Assembly: GCA_963804955.1 (NCBI GenBank)
Contig: CAWDSQ010000020.1
Span: 41,349 to 105,348 of the forward strand
Direction of reading: 5' to 3'
Origin: an uncultured delta proteobacterium
Lineage (GTDB): Bacteria; Desulfobacterota; WTBG01; CAIYCZ01; CAIRTM01
Length of the DNA: 64,000 nt
Notes under the pieces: model-generated
Told to the model about the DNA's origin: nothing
What the model saw: the letters and a program-made list of their open reading frames with translations, nothing else
The model's database searches: none
Made by a program: the position numbers and the translations under genes
Shown: one piece after another, positions 37,501-49,042 of the stretch
Numbering within the stretch: position 1 is the first letter of the stretch
Layout of the letters: each line of letters starts with the position of its first letter

Positions 37501-39430
37501 ATGAGAAAAACCGAGATTAGAAAAAAACTCAGATTCTTGGCGGTAGCAGCTTCTTTTTTATGCATAGTGATGGGGTATGGGGTTTCATGGGCCGCAGACA
37601 GTGATGGTGACGGCATTGACGATGCGATTGACAACTGCCCCGCCATTGCAAATCCCCAGCAGCTTGATGCCGATGATGATGGCATAGGAGATCTATGCGA
37701 CACCACCCCCGGCTGCGGCGGCTGTGGTGTGGTTGCCTGTGAGGGTCAGGTTGATGCGGACCTTGACAATTGGGCTGATGAGATTGATAACTGCCCGAGC
37801 AGCTGCAATACCCAGCAGCTTGATGCCGATAGCGACGGCATCGGCGATGTGTGCGATACAGCTCCCGGCTGCGGGGGCTGCGGACCAGCCGGCCTGTGAG
37901 GGGGGGTGCGCAAAGGACCCTGAAGTAGTCGTAACAGCAAGCCAGTCTATAGCCGGCAAGTTCGATCGTTATACGGTGACCGGCATCAGGACGCCCCTGC
38001 CGCAGCTGCCCAATGTGCCCGGGTTCATCGGGGCATCCTATCTGACCATTGGAGATATTGACGGTGACGGCAGGCAGGATATCCTGAGCACATCCGGTGG
38101 CGGGCTGGATAACAATTTCACCACATCCGACGGTGCTGTTGCAGTGTACACGCAGGGCGCAGACCTTGACAGCTGGACACAATCTATTATTTATCCGGTT
38201 GGGACGACGGGCCTTCTTGGCTTCCCCAATGAGATGGTGCTGCGGGATATGGATGAGGACGGTGATTTTGATATTATGGTTCTGGATAATTTTCTTGCCG
38301 GCTGGTTTACCCACTTCCCGGCAGGCATCTATTATCTGGAAAACAAGGGCGGCGATATTACCAGCAAGCTTAACTGGGAAATAAAGACCATTTTCCGGGG
38401 AGACGCAACACAGATCGGCTGGTCATCCTATCACCGGGCGCGCTTTCTTGATATAGACGGCGATGGGCTGGAAGACTTTGTCACCACAAAAGTGTGCATG
38501 TACAACTGGCAGAATACGTCTGACCAGTATGTGTGGACGGAATGGTGGAAAAAAGAGGGCAGCCCGGAAACCAGCCCCACAGCTTATTCAGGCCCTTATA
38601 CTATAGGTGACGGCGCCGGATTTTTGTTTGAAATGATGGATATAGATGGAGACGGAGACCTGGACGTTGCAGGGCCGCAGTTCTACATTCAAAGTCCGGG
38701 TACGCTTGTGGTAAAGCAGGGTACTATCCGCGGCGACAGCCTGATCTGGTTTGAGAATCCGGGAACGGCTGGTGCGGTAACGCAGCCCTGGAACCGCTAT
38801 ACGATTGACAACTGGTACACATCGCAAAACCCCCTGGGCAAAAACATGGAGGTTATTTCAGGCGATATCGATAATGATGGGAAAATAGAGCTGATAGATA
38901 CAACTCACAACCATCAGGATTACAAGCCGAACAATGTTCCCGGCGATCCGCTCAACCACAGGATCTGGCCATCGGGGGTGTACTATCTGGGCATTCCTGA
39001 TGATCCCAAGATAACGGCCAACTGGAAGCCGATCACGATTGACCGTGGCGACCCGAATCTTGACCCGACTGATCCGGTAGCGGTTGCCAATGATGTCTAT
39101 GCAGTTGATCGTCCGGGCGGACCCTACAGCCAGGGCTCACCGGGCATGGTGAGAGCTGCGGATATAAGCGGAGATGGCTACCTTGACCTGGTTGTGCCCG
39201 GTGACGGCAAGGGAGCAGTGTACTACTATGAATCCCTGGGCAGATCAGCAGGCAAACTGCAGTTTTTGCGGGCGGCGATCTATAAAGACACAGCCTGCAT
39301 GCCGGGTGATGCCAAGATTGTGGATATTGACGGCGACGGCACGCTTGAGATCGTACAAGTAATATACGATACCAGTGTGGAGAAAAACTCGTCATCAGGC
39401 TCCATATTTATTTACAAGCTGAAGCCGTAA
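37501..39430 (+). CDS. Secreted protein: two thrombospondin type-3 repeats followed by a seven-repeat FG-GAP/VCBS (integrin-alpha-like) beta-propeller; one frame break near 37890
   Basis: ORFs 37501..37899 and 37724..39430, with a signal peptide. The TSP3 repeats are [43 protein letters not shown] (2 copies). The seven Ca-loop repeats are [60 protein letters not shown] and [10 protein letters not shown]. Confidence 0.85.
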
Positions 39431-39452
39431 AAGCTGCTTGTAAAGTCTAAAA

Positions 39453-39497
39453 AACCAAGGGCGCCTGGGGCATATACTCCAGGCGTTCTTGGTTTTT
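39453..39497 (+). terminator. Rho-independent terminator
   Basis: aaccaagggcgcctgg pairs with ccaggcgttcttggtt around a 10-nt loop, followed by TTTTT. Confidence 0.75.
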
Positions 39498-39706
39498 AGT
39501 GTAAAACTATATTTTAATCATGCGTCTCATCCAGTTATTGTTTAAGCAAGTAGAGCTTCACCTGCAACGAAGGGCAGTCGCTTGTATGGTCTTTAACCGA
39601 CATGACTGTCAATTCAATCGATATGTTATGTTTATAGATTGACTTATCTGTACTCTTTGAGCTTACTATGAAATAATGAGAATATATTTCTAAAAGGAGC
39701 ATGTGT

Positions 39707-40453
39707 ATGAAGAAGGGTAAAATATTTTTCCTTTTTATGGGGTGGTTTATTTTTTATTCACTGCTGTATTTTTTAAGCCTTGATATTACCGGTGATTCTC
39801 CCGGCAAGGAGGGTTCTGCATTCCACAAGTTTTTTAATTACGGCATACTTTTTATTGTTTCTCTTTTCGGCTGGTGGTTTTCCTGGAAAAAATTTCAAAC
39901 TGTGTTTTCTCCTTCAGATCCTGCAGGCGGAGGCATTATAGAATGCCGTTTCGGGCTGAGAAATCCTGAACTCATGTATTATCTGATGTTTTTAAAGCTT
40001 TTTTTGCTTGTCATGGGCGCCAACGGCATTATTACCCTTTCGCACCACACCGGGGCGGCACGGACATTTTTTATATGGAACTTTATCGTACTGTATATTT
40101 ACGCCATTCCTTTTTTCCTGATAAAATTCGGCAAGCTGAAAAAAGCGCTGAGTACCTCTCTGATTCTTGATGAAACCAGCATTGCCCTGCGCTGTAAGGA
40201 TCAGACAATTGCGCAGATGAATTATTCCGCCATCTCGCAGGTACTGATCGAAGAGGCAACCGGCGCTGCCATTATCCGCAGTGATACTGCATCATTCTGT
40301 CTGGGCAGCAAACACTCCAAAATATCACCATTTTATACAGCGGGTATTGAACAGGTTGTAGAAAAAATCCGTCAAAAAGCCCCGGATAAAATTAGCCCTG
40401 TTGCATCATTGAAGGATGAATTGAAAAGGCTTGCCATAAAGCCATTTTTTTAA
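39707..40453 (+). CDS. Hypothetical integral membrane protein
   Basis: About 248 aa with four hydrophobic helices and a soluble C-terminal ~100 aa. ATG 39707 lies 7 nt after AAGGAG, whereas the track start at 39701 is too close to the RBS. Confidence 0.6.
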   Translation: MKKGKIFFLFMGWFIFYSLLYFLSLDITGDSPGKEGSAFHKFFNYGILFIVSLFGWWFSWKKFQTVFSPSDPAGGGIIECRFGLRNPELMYYLMFLKLFLLVMGANGIITLSHHTGAARTFFIWNFIVLYIYAIPFFLIKFGKLKKALSTSLILDETSIALRCKDQTIAQMNYSAISQVLIEEATGAAIIRSDTASFCLGSKHSKISPFYTAGIEQVVEKIRQKAPDKISPVASLKDELKRLAIKPFF

Positions 40454-40480
40454 ATCATAAAAATGATGCGTGCAGTAAAT

Positions 40481-40515
40481 AAAAACAGCCCGATTTTTTT
40501 CAGCGGGCTGTTTTT
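40481..40515. terminator. Bidirectional rho-independent terminator between convergent genes
   Basis: aaaaacagcccg / cgggctgttttt form the stem, with A- and T-tracts on both sides. Confidence 0.75.
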
Positions 40516-40530
40516 ATGGTGTAACCCTGG

Positions 40531-41808
40531 TTAATACGTTTTTTGCAAATTCCCGACTGTGAACATATCCGCAGGAACATCTATGGTAATCGCCGGCTTG
40601 TAAAAATATTCCTGATCACTTAAGCCTGAATGGGTCCGTTGAAACTCTTCAAATTGTGTGGCCACAATGAACGGTTTTATTTGACCGGTCTTTGTCGGCA
40701 GTGGGCAGGTGTTATTCATGAAGCACTTCCAGAATTTGCCGTTGGAATCATAAATTTCCGTCCAGAGAATTATAGCTGTTTCGGGATCAAGGTACCAGAC
40801 ACGCTTGCTGTAAACATAATTGGGATCCTTGCTGATGACATCAATAACAAGCGTGTTGCATCGTTCAAGCGTCAAACCGTTTGAGAGGGCCTGTCCGGGG
40901 ATACGCGTCGTTGCTTTCATGTCAGTGTGCCTGCTGCAGAGGAGGTCTTTTTTACCTTTTAGTGTGTATTTGTTTCTGGTTAACTGGCCATCCCACAGGT
41001 ATTCATCATCATAGATTATATCTGAACCGTCAATTGCATCGGTACGTTGGGCCGTCGACATTCTTCTAATCCGCCTGAACTGGCTGTACCAAAGATATGC
41101 ATCATCTTCCATTTTCGGATCAATGTATCTGATATTGAACATGCGTGTATTTAAAAACTCAGCAGGTTTGAACATATGGAGGAAATATGCCCGATGCATT
41201 CCTTTCGGATTTTCGGCGACTGCAGGGAGGGGTTCTTTTTCAGTACGGTGAATGAAAAAGTATTCAGTGTACTCCTGATCTGCAATGCGATCGTTTTTTG
41301 CTGTAGGATTGATCGATGGACTGTAGCGTCGATATTTACAGGTATCTCCATGATTGTTGAACTCAAAATTATAGGCTGCTTCCATGCCGTCCGCCGGCTC
41401 AGGAAATGGACGCCCGGCTATTTCAGCATAGTTGGTTATCGTACCGTCCTGATTTTTTTTGACTGTTGACGCATACTTCCTTGTTGCATCAGAAAACCCT
41501 TTGGTTTCAGGTACAGGCTGGTAGGCGACGATAGCAAAGAAAAACCCCTCCGGAGGGGCGCCCCACTTTTCAGGTTCTTTTATAATTCCCACATAGGAGT
41601 CGGGCATATAAGCCGCAACCTGATCGATAGTTGCTTTATCTACTTTTTTCCCAGCCCAGGTTTTTTCCCATTCCCTGACTTTTGCCAGTTCATCAGGCGT
41701 GTATGCAGTGCCGATTACAGTTTGTGCTCCTGCAAGCGCCGGGGCCAGATACAGCAGGAGCGCTCCAAGCATCCAAACTCTGAACATGTACTGCCAGCTG
41801 TTTTTCAT
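40531..41808 (-). CDS. DUF1329-family periplasmic/outer-membrane-associated protein (LolA-like fold family)
   Basis: 425 aa with a signal peptide (..LYLAPALAGAQ). The characteristic IAGRPFPEPADGMEAAYNFEFN motif is present, and size and overall pattern are typical of DUF1329. Confidence 0.7.
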   Translation of the reverse strand: MKNSWQYMFRVWMLGALLLYLAPALAGAQTVIGTAYTPDELAKVREWEKTWAGKKVDKATIDQVAAYMPDSYVGIIKEPEKWGAPPEGFFFAIVAYQPVPETKGFSDATRKYASTVKKNQDGTITNYAEIAGRPFPEPADGMEAAYNFEFNNHGDTCKYRRYSPSINPTAKNDRIADQEYTEYFFIHRTEKEPLPAVAENPKGMHRAYFLHMFKPAEFLNTRMFNIRYIDPKMEDDAYLWYSQFRRIRRMSTAQRTDAIDGSDIIYDDEYLWDGQLTRNKYTLKGKKDLLCSRHTDMKATTRIPGQALSNGLTLERCNTLVIDVISKDPNYVYSKRVWYLDPETAIILWTEIYDSNGKFWKCFMNNTCPLPTKTGQIKPFIVATQFEEFQRTHSGLSDQEYFYKPAITIDVPADMFTVGNLQKTY

Positions 41809-42038
41809 TTCATTCTCCTTCCTAAAGGTTTATGGTTGGAAAAAAAACATTGATTCCATGCAGAGAGTCACAAAATCGACTGCCATCCCCCCCATTTTTT
41901 AGTATTAATAAAGAGCCCTGTTGCCATTGTCGAATACCGGTTGACCGCCGAACGTTCTGGTTAAGGGCAGGGCATTGTTGTTTATACCATGCTGTGAGGC
42001 ATAAGGCTGATTTTGCCATTATTATTCACTGTTTTTAC

Positions 42039-42386
42039 TTAGTGGGCATCCCAACATTCATGGGCGATACCTTTCATATAATGAAAATATACCTTCTGCA
42101 GTGGGGTTGTCCTGATAACCCGCACCATGCCCAAAGGGAACACAACCGGCGCGCCGGTGCGCTGCTCAAAATCGTCAAGCATGGGCTTGAAGAGCTTCAG
42201 CGCATAGTTGAGCTCCGCCTGATCCTCGGTGAAAATTTCAGCAATTCCCTGCATATTCAGCCCGCGCACCGAGGTAATTGTGCGCGCGGAGGTGCCGATC
42301 CCGACCGCAGGGAAAGATCGTATGCTTGAACGATAGTGAAGATGGTAAAATTTTTGTCGGCCTGCGGTGGATATTAAATGATACAT
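42039..42386 (-). CDS. Hypothetical small protein (start uncertain; ATG at 42254 would give 71 aa)
   Basis: ORF directly downstream of flavoprotein copy 2. The C-terminal text is IAEIFTEDQAELNYALKLFKPMLDDFEQRTGAPVVFPLG... I recognise no family. Confidence 0.3.
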   Translation of the reverse strand: MYHLISTAGRQKFYHLHYRSSIRSFPAVGIGTSARTITSVRGLNMQGIAEIFTEDQAELNYALKLFKPMLDDFEQRTGAPVVFPLGMVRVIRTTPLQKVYFHYMKGIAHECWDAH

Positions 42387-42415
42387 CTGCTACAGCAGTT
42401 AGATAAATGCTCTAA

Positions 42416-43736
42416 TCACCCAGGGTGCGCGACTGCTGCTTCTTGAATTTTATCCCAGATTTCAGGCCGCTCTCTTTGAATGCGCTCATCGTGTTTGTGG
42501 ATTGCAGCCCACATCATGCGCGGTGAGTCATACTGGCTCCAGCTGCCGTTCAGGACCACATCGTCAAGCAGCGAAAACAGGAACACGACCTCCTCGTCCG
42601 TATAATACGGGATAAGGGCATAGCCGGTTGTAACCTGCATCATGCCGTCATCGTTGAACTCAAAAGTTTCAAGCCAGGTTTTGCCGTATTCGGCAAACCC
42701 GGGCTTACCCTCAAGCTCTTTTGCAACGGCATCTGCTGCCCAGTAGCCGCAGTTGAGCGCACCCTGGGCCTGCACCTCGACGAATGCCGCGGCATCGCCA
42801 ATCATCAGGCAGTTGCCCCGATAGGGTGTCTTCATGGGCGCAAAGGCCTTGGTGGTGCAGCTGTGCATGCGCTCGACTTTTGCGTTTTCAAACATCCAGG
42901 CAACAGGGCTCTCTTTGGTAAAATAATCAAACAGCTCCAGGGGCTTTTTTTCAAGGGATCCCACAAGAATCAGATCGGCCCAGTCGAAATGACCCGCCGG
43001 GCCCGTGCCCAGAAGCGGCGCAAAGGCGGAACCATAACACTGCCCCCAGAATCCGACCCATTCATTGGGGCTGTAATTTTTCACCCCTGACATATACAGC
43101 GCCACAACCGGAGCTGAGGTAAAATACATGCGACCTTCATTCATCCCGAGGGACTGGGCAATCTGCGCGCTGGCGCCGTCGGCCGCGATGAGCTTTTTGG
43201 CCTGAAGCCTGAAGCGCTTGCCTTCGCTCACGCATTTCAGCGTTACCTCTGTCGGGGCCATCCTTTGCCTCATAGCAGATCGTGTTGTTCATATAATCAA
43301 CACCAAGAGCAAGGACTTCATCAAGCAACTGCTGCTGCAGGCCGCCCTTGTCGTATTTCCAGGCAATGGGTTTCTTGTCGGGCCAGGCGTAATGGGCATT
43401 ATGCTTGAGATCAGCAGAATAATAATATTTATCAAGGCAGGGGCACAGCGGCCCGTTGTAGGTTATTTCCCAGCCGAATTTTTCAGATCTGATCTTATTA
43501 TCCGGGTTTGACGGCACCATGCGGTTGGGCCCTTCCATGGGCCGGCCCGGCTCAACAATAATCGTGTCGCCGTTATAGTTTTCATCAAGGATGATATGCT
43601 CGCTGCAATAGCGGGTTATCTTGCTGATATCTTTCCGTTTTTCGATCAGCGCTACTTTCAGACCCTTTTTTGCCGCCCATTTTGCCGCGTGAAGACCACC
43701 GGGACCCGCTCCTACGATTGCCACGTCATATGTCAT
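42416..43736 (-). CDS. FAD-dependent oxidoreductase, geranylgeranyl-reductase-like, copy 2; one frame break near 43260
   Basis: ORFs 43137..43736 ([33 protein letters not shown]) and 42416..43273 ([14 protein letters not shown]..). The C-terminal extension parallels copy 1 ([39 protein letters not shown]). Confidence 0.85.
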
Positions 43737-44972
43737 AAAATACCCTTCCTGAATTTTTTCGTAATTTTACTTCATCAATTCCAGCAACCGTTGCCATGGC
43801 CGGGCCGCCGCCGGCGCACAGGGAAGCGCAGCCGAGGGCCGCGCCCATGCGCTCCATTTCATGCAGCAGCGTCACCAGCACCCGAAGGCCCGAGCACCCG
43901 ACGGGATGCCCAAGGGATATGCCCGAGCCGTTGCGGTTGACGATATCCATGTTAAGCTTGTAGCCGTGTTCTTTTGCAAGCAGGTGCTCCACGCCCAGAA
44001 ACTGGGCGGCAAAAGCTTCATTTACTTCCCAGTAGCCGATATCGGCAAACGACAAGCCCGGCTTTTTGCAGCACCCGCGGAATGGCATAGGCAGGGCCGA
44101 TGCCCATGACCGAAGGCTCAACGCCCACGCTTGCCGTTGCACGTACGCGGGCCTGTGATTTGCAGGCCCAGATCGCGGGCTTTCTGCTCGCTCATAAGCA
44201 CCATGGCTGCTGCGCCGTCATTGACGCCGGAGGCATTGCCTGCCGTCACCGTTCCGTCTTTTTTGAAAATTGTTTTGAGGTTTGCCAGTGTTTCAAGCGA
44301 GGTGTCCGCCCGGGGATGTTCGTCAGTGTCAAACACAATAGGTGCCTTTTTTCTGCTTAACCTCGACCGGCACGGTTTCGGCTTTAAAGGTTCCGGCCTT
44401 GATGGCTGCGCATGACCGGGCATGGCTCAAGCACGGCAAGCTCGTCCTGCACCTGCCTGCTGATGCCAAAGCGGGCAGCCACGTTTTCAGCCGTTACACC
44501 CATGTGGCAGTGCTCAATCGAGCAGACCAGCGCATCCAGAAGCATGGCGTCTTCAATTGTAGCCGGTCCCATGCGGTACCCTGTGCGGGCCTTCTGCAGA
44601 AGATAGGGGGCCATGCTCATGTTTTCGACACCCACCACAAGGCACACATCTGTTTCTCCAAGCATGATATTGCGGGAGGCGATTTCAAGGGCGCGCATTG
44701 AGGAAGCGCACAGCTGATTGACCGTGCAGGCCGGGCTTTCCCAGGGTATGCCGAGTTCGGCCTGTATCTGCCTGCCGATATTGCCGCCAACGCCTGCCTG
44801 AATGACATTGCCGCAGACAAGCTCATCGACCTGTTCAGGCGTTGATGCCCGCCCGCTGCATCGCCTCAGCGCCGACGATACGACCGAGCTCCCGTGGGTG
44901 AATCTCTTTCATTGATCCCAGAAAATCGCCTATCGGTGTTCTGCAAGCGCTGACGATAACAGCTGCATTCAT
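43726..44972 (-). pseudogene. Acetyl-CoA C-acetyltransferase (thiolase) with four or more frame breaks
   Basis: The start is MNAAVIVSACRTPIGDFLGSMKE (ATG 44972 after AGGAGG). Fragments 44617.., 44384.., 44118.. and 43726.. carry thiolase text: [56 protein letters not shown] and GHPVGCSGLRVLVTLLHEM..CAGGG. Confidence 0.8.
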
Positions 44973-44997
44973 ACTGCCTCCTGTACGATTTTTTTAA

Positions 44998-45769
44998 TTA
45001 CTTTCGCATCCAGCGCTGATATTTGCGCATGCCGTCTTTTTCAAAAGCCGAGCTGTTGACCGTAACCTGGTTGACGGTTATTTTGCTCAGAAGCATGCCT
45101 TTTTTGATCATTTCACGGGCCTGCTGCGGTTCGATTTTCATTTTTTTTGCAAGCTCCTCGTAGGGATAAATTTCTACCAGGACTTTTTCGAATTCAGGGT
45201 TTGATCCATCAATAAGTTCAGCAGTGCCGATAAACTGTGCGCACAGCACCGTACCCCATGTTTTGAATTCTTCATGCCAGTTGAGGCTCACCTTTGGATT
45301 CTGTTTTATGTGCAAAAGCTTCGTGGTGCCTTTTTCATGCAGTCCGTACAGTGTCATGGTGTCAGGATCAAAGGCGAAATCGGCTGTGGTGGTAAGCGGC
45401 ACATTATTGAGGCTGGTGCCCAGCACACAGGTTCTTTTGCTGTTTTTTGCCGCCCATGAGTTTTCCGATTTCAGCCTTAAGCCGGTCCTGCGGCATGACG
45501 CCCTGACCTGCGGCATACTTAAGATAGGCCCCATGCAGCCAGGCCTGCGTTGCGGTTGTCTTTGCATCCAGCTTTACCTCATGGCAGTCATTGCAGGAAA
45601 CACCCTGCGGTATTTCGGGATGATTGTCGCTCAGGCCGCTTGCAGCGGCGTCGATCTGTTTGGGCTTTGCCGCCTTTTTCTGTCATGCTGCGGCAGCGAA
45701 AGAAAAGCTCCCGAACATGAGAACAGCTGCAATGCCGGAAAACAATGCTGTATACATAACCTTCTTCAT
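44998..45769 (-). pseudogene. Exported protein: signal peptide, single CxxCH haem-c motif and a pyridoxamine-5'-phosphate-oxidase-like split-barrel domain; in-frame TGA (45683-85) and one frame break (~45455)
   Basis: My translation of the reverse strand from ATG 45769 (RBS AAGGAG) gives MKKVMYTALFSGIAAVLMFGSFSFAAAA-TGA-QKKAAKPKQ..GVSCNDCHEVKLD... ORF 44998..45567 carries TCVLGTSLNNVPLTTTADFAFDPDTMTLYGLHEKGTTKLLHIKQNPKVSLNW. Confidence 0.6.
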
Positions 45770-46010
45770 TACGATGAACTCCTTATTTCGGTTTATGTTT
45801 TCAGTTTTATGTACTATGGCAATTTTTTTTCTGCAGTGCTGAGTACTGACAGGTTGAAAAATCCAGTCGAAAATAGATCCCGTACTCTGCGGGCGTCAAT
45901 TTCGTCAGAAGCACCAGATAACTAAACCCGTATCGGTTAAAATAACCTTGAACAGGTCATTGTGAAATGCTGCTTAAAAAAAGTCTTTTTTATCTGTACA
46001 GCAAGGGTTG

Positions 46011-47275
46011 TTAGATCGCCCTGTTAACCAAATCAACCAGACTCAGCATTTTCAGCGGGCTGCCGATAGCGTTGATGGAATCCCCGAGATTCGACTCACA
46101 CCAGGGGCAGGAGGTGACCAGCGCTTCGGCTCCGGTTGATTCAGCCTCCTCAATGCGCTCGCGCGCTGTTTCAAGTGCAAATTCCGGAAATGCCGAGCGC
46201 ACTCCGCCGCCGGCGCCGCAGCACCATGAAAATTCCCGGATGCGCTCCATTTCCACAAGTTCAACACCCGGTATGGCTTTCAGCACATTGCGCGGTGCAT
46301 CGAATACGCCTTGTGCTCCGTAATTGCGCTCCCGCGGCGGCTCTGAGAGGCCCCACTTCACGCGCACGCCTTCCCACAGGTCCTGCGGCTCGCTGCCGCG
46401 GCCCAAATGGCAGGGGTCATGCCAGGTGACACGCATCGGCACTTCTTTCGTAAACTTCAGCCGTCCTTCCTGTATAAGCTGATCGAGATACTCGGAGCTG
46501 TGCTTTACCTCAAAATTCATTTTGCCGACTCCGGGGTACTGGCTTCTTAAAACTCCGTAGCATCCTGCGCATGAGGTCACGACGGTCTTGATGCCCAGGT
46601 CATTGAACATTTGAATATTGTCGGCCTGCATGTTCGCGAAACATGTCTACCATGCCCACCTTCAGCACCGGGCTGGCGCAGCAGGCCTCATTGTTTCCGA
46701 GAATGCCCGACATCAATGCCCGCATTCTGAAGAATACCGAGTGTCGCGCGGGACACCTCCTGCATATTGGCATTGTAGGAATACGTGCAGCCGGCAAAAT
46801 ACAGAACCTCGGCCTTTTCTTTGCTGATGTCTTTCACCTTCATTTTACGCGCCCAGTGACCGCGCCGCGAGCGGGGCTGGAGCCAGGGATTGTTGTTCTG
46901 GCGAATGCTGTCAACCGCAGGCATATGGCCGGGCAGGGGGCCTTTGCCCTTGGCAACGGCAAGTGCACGCAGCTCCTGCAGAATTTCAAGGGGCTCCATG
47001 TCGCGGGTGAACTTGCAGGTCACGTCACATCCGCCGCACAGGGTGCAGGTGTAGATGACCTCGGCGGCTTTGTCCGTCATTTCCACCTCGCCTTCCAAAA
47101 GCGCCCGGGCAAGATCAAAGCGGCCCTGGGCTGAGTAAGCGTCAAATTTGTATTTCTGCATCGACGGGCAGATCCGGGCCCGCTCTTTGCTTTTGATACT
47201 CCATGGGTGCACCCATTTGCACATGGAGCAGCGCTCACAGTTAACCAGGTCCCAGCGGTATTTTTCAAGACTCAT
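46011..47275 (-). CDS. Fe-S oxidoreductase with CCG domains (GlcF/HdrD-like), copy 2; one frame break near 46640
   Basis: The start is MSLEKYRWDLVNCERCSMCKW (ATG 47275). Also present: CTLCGGCDVTCK, then (ORF 46011..46631) VVTSCAGCYGVL, WHDPCHLGR, WCCGAGGG and SCPWC. Confidence 0.85.
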
Positions 47276-47412
47276 TGGTTCTCTCCATTTTAGATTTTGG
47301 ATTGCGGAGTTTGGATGCAGTACAAAGCAAATATCCAAAACAGCCGCTTGTATTTAGTTATTCATCTGAATCGGTTTGGGATTTTTGGATTTTCAATCAG
47401 CAATCGTAAATC

Positions 47413-48956
47413 CTAAAGGCCGAGCTTTCCGGGATTCATTATGTTTTTCGGGTCAAGCACGTCCTTGACCATTTTTGCCGTCTGAAACTGCACGGCGTTG
47501 CCGCTTGCGATCATTTCGGCCCAGGGGCCATAGGCCCGGGTAAACAGCGCTCCAAGCCCGTACATGCGGCGGCTTGCGCTGCCGTGTACCTGCCGCATGC
47601 GTGCGCAGTCATCACGGTCTGACGGGTCATAGGGCAGCATAAATTCAAGATGGCAGACCCGGCCGTTTTCAATCGGCTGTAAATAGATGCCCATGTCGTC
47701 GGTTGCCACAGAGCTCTTTATCGCTTCCTGGTGCATGGCATCGACAAACTTCGAAGCGCGGTTCATGGTGGTGATGAAGAAAATATCCGAGCTTGCCCCT
47801 TTCAGGCGATCCTTCCAGTACACATCGCCATCCCAGCACCGAAGCAGGTTCTGACTCAAAAAAAGCGGCTGCACGGGGCGCCTGGCTGATGCCCGGCTGC
47901 GGCGCGAGACCGCATTCGCGGGCTGTTTCAAGAAAATCAGCCTCCTGCCAGGCAATGCGCTCATCGGGCAAACGGCGAAGCCCCCCGATGCAGAAAATCT
48001 GCACATAGGCGGGCAGCCGCTTTTTAAGACGCTCATAATCCTCGGGCATGCTCTGCGCAAGTATAAGCGCCAGTGCCGTGCGGTTCAGGATAAAGCATTC
48101 ATAGCCAAGCCACTTGCGCTGAACCCTGTAGGTAAAATCAACCAGTGCGTCCAGATTATCAGATGCCGTGAAAAAAAGTTTCTGCCGGGAGGGCAGGGGT
48201 TCTGCCATGATATTCATCCAGGTTGACTATGCCAAGAGTGCCCTGTGAACGGGTATACAGCCTGTTCCAGTCAAAGCCGGGTCCCCAGGGGCCTACCATG
48301 TCTGAGTTGTTCAGCTCGGGCGGCCCGAGGGCTGCTGTGCCCGTGCGGAAGATATCGCCCGACGGCATGACGATCTCCATAGTGTAAACGGGCTCGCTGT
48401 AATTAAACTCGGGGATGAGCTTGGGCTGCGCCTCAAGATTAGACGTGAGCACGGACTGATCCCTGCGGGGCAGAAGCGGAAATAAAGCCCGGAGATTTTC
48501 TTTGGCAAGGGCTTCCTGCAGCTGGCCATAGGTGACGCCGGGCTGTATGCGGGCGCTGCGGTTTCTGTGATCGATTTTTTGTATCTGCCGCCAGCCCGAC
48601 AGGTCGACCGCCGCGCCGCCCATGCGTACCAGAGCGTTTCCATAAGTATGGGTGCCCGAGCTGAGCGGGGTCAGGGGAAGGGATGCTTCATTGGCGTATT
48701 TGACCAGAGCGCAGAGCCTTTCAAGATTATCAGGCTTCAGGACAAAGCAGGGCCTGCCGGCCTCTTCAAGGCTTTTGTCCCGGCTGAGCGCGTCGAGGGC
48801 CGCAGGGTCTGCGCACACCTGCTCCGGGCCAAGTATTTCTTCCAGACGGGCTTTCTGCTCAGCGGAGTAGTGCTGCCGCTCTCTTATAACCTGGTCGTAC
48901 GGTTTATCTTCCAGGGGCTTTAAATAATCAACTTTTGCAAGCACGGTATCTGCCAT
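47413..48956 (-). CDS. FAD-binding PCMH-type oxidoreductase (GlcD-like), copy 2; two frame breaks (~48190, ~48040)
   Basis: Fragments 48159..48956 (FVLKPDNLERLCALVKYANEASLPLTPLSSGTH), 47669..48217 and 47413..48060 (..VKDVLDPKNIMNPGKLGL C-terminus, typical of this family). Confidence 0.8.
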
Positions 48957-49042
48957 GTGACCTCCTGAATCAAGTAAAACTGCTGGTATGTGTCATCTCG
49001 ACCAAAGGGAGAGATCTTTCTTCAGTCTGCATATTTTAAATA

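Noticed and set aside
41809-42038. Sigma-54 (-24/-12) promoter upstream of the DUF1329 gene (TGGCAA..CTCTT and TGGTAT..CAATGC candidates).
   Set aside because: Neither candidate has the GG-N10-GC spacing together with a TTGC element, so the matches are no better than chance.
45683-45685. Selenocysteine codon (in-frame TGA) in the exported haem/split-barrel gene.
   Set aside because: The position is directly after the signal-peptide Ala run, which is not a plausible catalytic Sec site. I recognise no SECIS-like hairpin immediately downstream. A substitution error or nonsense mutation is more likely given the error-rich sequence. It is kept only as a minor alternative in the finding.
45973-45988. 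Identical 16-mer CTTAAAAAAAGTCTTT shared with 51266-51281, considered as a possible regulatory box.
   Set aside because: It is a low-complexity A/T-rich string. A single shared 16-mer in 64 kb on both strands is close to chance expectation, and no consistent spacing to promoters or starts was seen.
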